Of a stretch of DNA of 50,125 bases, positions 46,940 through 50,125 are shown in pieces. The number at the start of each line of letters is the position of its first letter. Position 1 is the stretch's first letter. A model generated the notes under the pieces. That model was not told the DNA's origin. It was given only the letters and a program-made list of their open reading frames with translations, and did not search any database. The DNA comes from Candidatus Melainabacteria bacterium RIFOXYA2_FULL_32_9 (lineage in GTDB: Bacteria; Cyanobacteriota; Vampirovibrionia; Gastranaerophilales; UBA9579). A program made the translations under genes and the position numbers. The DNA lies in NCBI GenBank assembly GCA_001784615.1, contig MFRQ01000153.1, forward strand, positions 1 through 50,125, read 5' to 3'.

Positions 46940-47794
46940 GTGCTTGTTTATTGGAATTTTAACTTAATAAAAATAGAAAATAAGTCTGATTATCAATTTT
47001 TTGATAGAGCTTTTCATTTTGGAGATGGAGTTTATGAAACCATAGCTGTTAAAGATGGAAAAGTAATGTTCTTTGATGAACATGCCAACAGGCTTGTAAG
47101 TAATGCAAACAGTCTAGATATTCCAATTATAATTGATATACCTGACTTGGGGAAAAATATTGATAATATTATTAAATCAAATAAGATAGATCAAGGTTTT
47201 ATAAAGGTAATTGTTACTCGTGGGCTTATGACTGATGCCGGATTGAGCTATCCGAAGCCTATGAAACCATCTCTCTTAATCTGGGGACAGAAATGCGGCT
47301 TTACTCCATTAAAAGAAAAAAGACCATATAAAGTTATTCAGAGCCAGCATGAAAGAAGAAATCCTTATTCAAAAGTTACTTATACCAAAACTCTAAACTA
47401 TTTAAGCAATATAATTGCAAAGAATGAAGCGGATGCAGCGGGTTGTGATGAAGCAATATTTCTTAATACCAATGGCAACCTAGCTGAAGGAACCACATCA
47501 AACATATTTTTAATTGATAATAATGGAAAAATACACACTCCTGAAGTTGCAAGCGGGCTATTAAACGGTGTTGTAAGGAGTAAAATTATTCTTGCAGCTA
47601 TTGAACTTGGCTTTGAAATTGAAGAATCAGTTATATCTCCTAATAAATTAAAGCATTCAAAAGGCTGTTTTCTAACGAGTACTCTACTAGATATCCAGCC
47701 TGTTAGTGAAATATTAGGAGTGGCTAAATATGAAGTATCAAGTTCTATAGATATTCTTGAACAGCTTGAAAACAAATATCAAAGCTATAGTTAG
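46940..47794 (+). CDS. class IV (fold type IV) PLP enzyme: aminodeoxychorismate lyase or D-/branched-chain aminotransferase-like
   Basis: FHFGDGVYETI and EGTTSNIFLI blocks. GTG start with AAGGGG 8 nt upstream. Confidence 0.75.
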   Translation: MLVYWNFNLIKIENKSDYQFFDRAFHFGDGVYETIAVKDGKVMFFDEHANRLVSNANSLDIPIIIDIPDLGKNIDNIIKSNKIDQGFIKVIVTRGLMTDAGLSYPKPMKPSLLIWGQKCGFTPLKEKRPYKVIQSQHERRNPYSKVTYTKTLNYLSNIIAKNEADAAGCDEAIFLNTNGNLAEGTTSNIFLIDNNGKIHTPEVASGLLNGVVRSKIILAAIELGFEIEESVISPNKLKHSKGCFLTSTLLDIQPVSEILGVAKYEVSSSIDILEQLENKYQSYS

Positions 47795-47825
47795 CGATTT
47801 TATTAGGTAATAATTATGTGTCTGG

Positions 47826-47958
47826 CAGTCATCACGAGCCATTAAATACGGAAGATATCGTTTATCTTAATTGCGAAGTGATCTTAATGATACATGCCTA
47901 GGGATTGCTTCACAACTTCGATTTTATAAAATATCCATAATAAAAGGTTCGCAATGAC
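47826..47958. repeat. GTCATTGCGAG-box variant plus MITE-body copy
   Basis: GTCATCACGAGCC..., then GGGATTGCTTCACAA...AAAAGGTTCGCAATGAC (same body as 11391-11453). Confidence 0.75.
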
Positions 47959-47987
47959 TTTCTCGATCAGTCTTATTTTCTATTATT

Positions 47988-49058
47988 CTAGCCTATATTT
48001 TCAGCTTGTTTACTTTTCTTGGTGATTTTAAAATCTTCATTTTGCTGATAAATTTTTTCTAATTCGGCGAAAGATTTTAATCCTGACTGTGCTCCAAAGC
48101 TCTCAACTATGGACGCAGAGTTTATTGATGCAAATATAATGGCTTTTTCAATATCCCAGTTAAATCTCATTAAGCTGGCGACAAAAGTACTGGAAAACGC
48201 ATCTCCTGCTCCAAGGGTGCTAATTACTTTGGCAGGATAAGCAGGGGCATGGTAAAATGTTTCTCCATCGAATGCTATTACACCTTTACTTCCATCTGTA
48301 ATGACTACAACTTTAGGTTTATAGGTTTTTAACCTAAAAAGCATCTCGTGAACACTATGTGACCAGGGGTCAAATTCTCCGGGCTTTTGATAAACTTGTT
48401 CATGCCCTTCCTGCATCCCTGTAATATTGAATGCTTCTGACTTGTTCATTATTAAGACTTCAGCTGTTGATACAACTTTTTTTAAGTCTTCAACTCCTCT
48501 TTTAATTTGAGTAGTTCCAGGGTTAAACGCCATCGAGACCCCGTTTTCTTCTGCAAAATCCGCAATTTTATCGAGTACAAGATTGGAATTCCCACTTAAA
48601 GGTGCAATATAAATCCATTTTGATTTTTTTATGTCATCCCAGGGTATTTCATCTAAAGAAATGTGACTATTAGCACCTCTATGAGCAAGAACGGTTCTAT
48701 CACCTTCAAAACTTGTTAATATTACTGAAAAACCTGTTTTATAGTCATCTGTCTGTAATATTAATGAGCTATCAACTTCTTTTTCTTTTAATCTTCTTAA
48801 AACAGCTTCTCCATTAATATCTTTTCCTGTTTTAACTATTGTTGCAGCTTTATATCCCAGATTTGCGAAGTTTACAGCAGAGTTAACCGCTCCACCACCA
48901 ACATCCAGCGCTGTTTGTTCAACTTCAATTTTGGTGCTGTAATCAAAACATAGAAGAGATTTGCTTGAATTAGCATCCTTTACTTCATGAATTTCCGCAA
49001 AATTGCTTTCAATAAATATATCTTGAGTTGCACTGCCTATTGTAATTACGTCAAACAT
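47988..49058 (-). CDS. PfkB-family carbohydrate kinase
   Basis: N-terminal DVITIGSATQDIF, GAGDAF motif, 356 aa with a C-terminal tail. Confidence 0.85.
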   Translation of the reverse strand: MFDVITIGSATQDIFIESNFAEIHEVKDANSSKSLLCFDYSTKIEVEQTALDVGGGAVNSAVNFANLGYKAATIVKTGKDINGEAVLRRLKEKEVDSSLILQTDDYKTGFSVILTSFEGDRTVLAHRGANSHISLDEIPWDDIKKSKWIYIAPLSGNSNLVLDKIADFAEENGVSMAFNPGTTQIKRGVEDLKKVVSTAEVLIMNKSEAFNITGMQEGHEQVYQKPGEFDPWSHSVHEMLFRLKTYKPKVVVITDGSKGVIAFDGETFYHAPAYPAKVISTLGAGDAFSSTFVASLMRFNWDIEKAIIFASINSASIVESFGAQSGLKSFAELEKIYQQNEDFKITKKSKQAENIG

Positions 49059-49150
49059 ACCAATCCCCTTATAATTTGAGCCTTAATATCTTTTGTAATA
49101 TTATATAAAATATAAAGTATACTCAAGTTGCTACTTAAATAATCTTGGAC

Positions 49151-49285
49151 GTCATTACGAGGTACTTTGCACTGTCATAAGTCATTAATCCTTACAATAA
49201 TACTACTAAAGGCACTACGTATTGTCATTGCGAGCCAGGAATCGTGGATAATCAGCAAAATCATACTTGCGTGGCAATCTCTAAG
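49151..49285. repeat. GTCATTGCGAG-box repeat cluster
   Basis: GTCATTACGAGGTACTTTGCACTGTCATAAGTCATTAATCCTTACAATAATAC, then GTCATTGCGAGCCAGGAATCGTGG...TTGCGTGGCAATCTCTAAGCA. Confidence 0.8.
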
Positions 49286-49356
49286 CAATAAATTTATATG
49301 GCTAGCAACTTGAATAATGTATATTATAAAACTTTTATATTCAGGTAACTTTAAAA

Positions 49357-50125
49357 ATGTTTTATTTAGAGAATAAATCAGGTATTAAATACTATAAATC
49401 CAGCATACTGGATGACAAGAATCTGGTCCATGCTTTTACCACAAGAATTGGTGGTAATACGCCTGAGCCACTTAATTATTTTAGTTTAGGAGCAGCTAAT
49501 CAGCCTGAGTTTAAGCCTTATATAATTGAGAACAGGCAAAAAATTTGTAAAGTATTGGATCTGGATTATAACCGGATAATAAATCCTGATCAACAACATA
49601 CTGACAATATAAAGGTTATAACCAGTATAAATGATGATTTATCTTTAACTGATGGTGTAATTACAGCAATTCCAGGACTTGTATTAATGTTATTATTTGC
49701 AGATTGTACGCCCATAATTATTTATGCTCCTAAAGAAAGAGTTATTGGCGTAATTCATGCCGGATGGAGAGGGACAGCAAAGAGGATTGTTCAGAAAGCT
49801 GTTAACATATTCACCAATGAGTTTAATACATCTGTAGGTGGAATAAAGGTTGCTATTGGTCCGACAATTGGGCAATGTTGTTATCCTGTTTCTAGTGAAG
49901 TGGCTCTTGAGTTAAAGCAAAGTATCAGTGAAAATTATAATAGTGTATTTAAAGAAAATATTGATAAAGTTCAAGTGGATTTAAAAAAGTTGAACGCTCA
50001 ACAATTAATAGAAGTAGGGGTTACAAATATTGATACATTGGATGATTGTACTAGCTGCCAAAATTCATTATTTTATTCATACAGGGCAGATGATGGTAAA
50101 ACAGGCAGGCATAGTGCAATAGCAA
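49357..50125 (+). CDS. pgeF: YfiH/PgeF-family (DUF152, laccase-domain) peptidoglycan editing factor, 3' end cut by window edge
   Basis: Absent from the track (runs off the window). MFYLENKSG...LVHAFTTRIGG, FADCTPII, IHAGWRGT, CCYPV, SYRADDGKTGRH. Confidence 0.85.
   Translation, partial: MFYLENKSGIKYYKSSILDDKNLVHAFTTRIGGNTPEPLNYFSLGAANQPEFKPYIIENRQKICKVLDLDYNRIINPDQQHTDNIKVITSINDDLSLTDGVITAIPGLVLMLLFADCTPIIIYAPKERVIGVIHAGWRGTAKRIVQKAVNIFTNEFNTSVGGIKVAIGPTIGQCCYPVSSEVALELKQSISENYNSVFKENIDKVQVDLKKLNAQQLIEVGVTNIDTLDDCTSCQNSLFYSYRADDGKTGRHSAIA

Noticed and set aside
1-50125. tRNA, rRNA, integrase, transposase or prophage genes, and defence systems with recognisable enzymes.
   Set aside because: No sequence with tRNA-like GC-rich cloverleaf arms or a GGTTCGAATCC-type T-loop was seen in any intergenic region. 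No ORF carries recombinase, nuclease-helicase or restriction-type motifs that I could recognise.

Overview
A 50-kb chromosomal window from an AT-rich bacterium (about one-third G+C by eye). It has flagellin genes and Na+-type fermentative bioenergetics. I cannot assign taxonomy without a database search. Most of the window is housekeeping. It starts with a truncated K+-dependent membrane pyrophosphatase and a birA-oadGAB-pckA cluster. Then come upp, two tandem short flagellins, rsmE, cca, cdaA, lysA, an MqnC-like and a second radical-SAM enzyme, a DHH phosphoesterase, SpoIID, murJ, trpB-tyrS, an orphan hypF, ribF, an orphan sugar-type ABC ATPase, rpmB, a class IV aminotransferase, a PfkB kinase and a truncated pgeF/yfiH. 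The ORF track translates TTG/GTG starts as M, so I moved several starts to SD-supported ATG/TTG codons. Two edge genes (1-1948 minus, 49357-50125 plus) are missing from the track. No rRNA, tRNA, CRISPR array, integrase or prophage genes were seen. Five things stand out. (1) The 42.5-46.4 kb locus holds a regulator made of four tandem GntR winged-helix domains, a 98-nt inverted repeat upstream of two genes, and a perfect sigma-28 promoter driving a GC-rich C-tract sRNA candidate. (2) A 3-kb islet at 8.3-11.2 kb holds an orphan 186-aa PrimPol, a glycine-zipper membrane protein and two tandem paralogous unknowns. (3) At least eight intergenic clusters of a modular GTCATTGCGAG-box repeat family are present, plus related fragments at a ninth locus (44.8 kb) and one MITE-like copy. 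(4) A short LDxDxVxF / NDxxSFxG motif recurs near the N-termini of five proteins, three of which share no other similarity. (5) Decay signatures include a frameshifted methyltransferase and a GT9-like pseudogene. All functional calls rest on motifs read by eye and are not search-verified.
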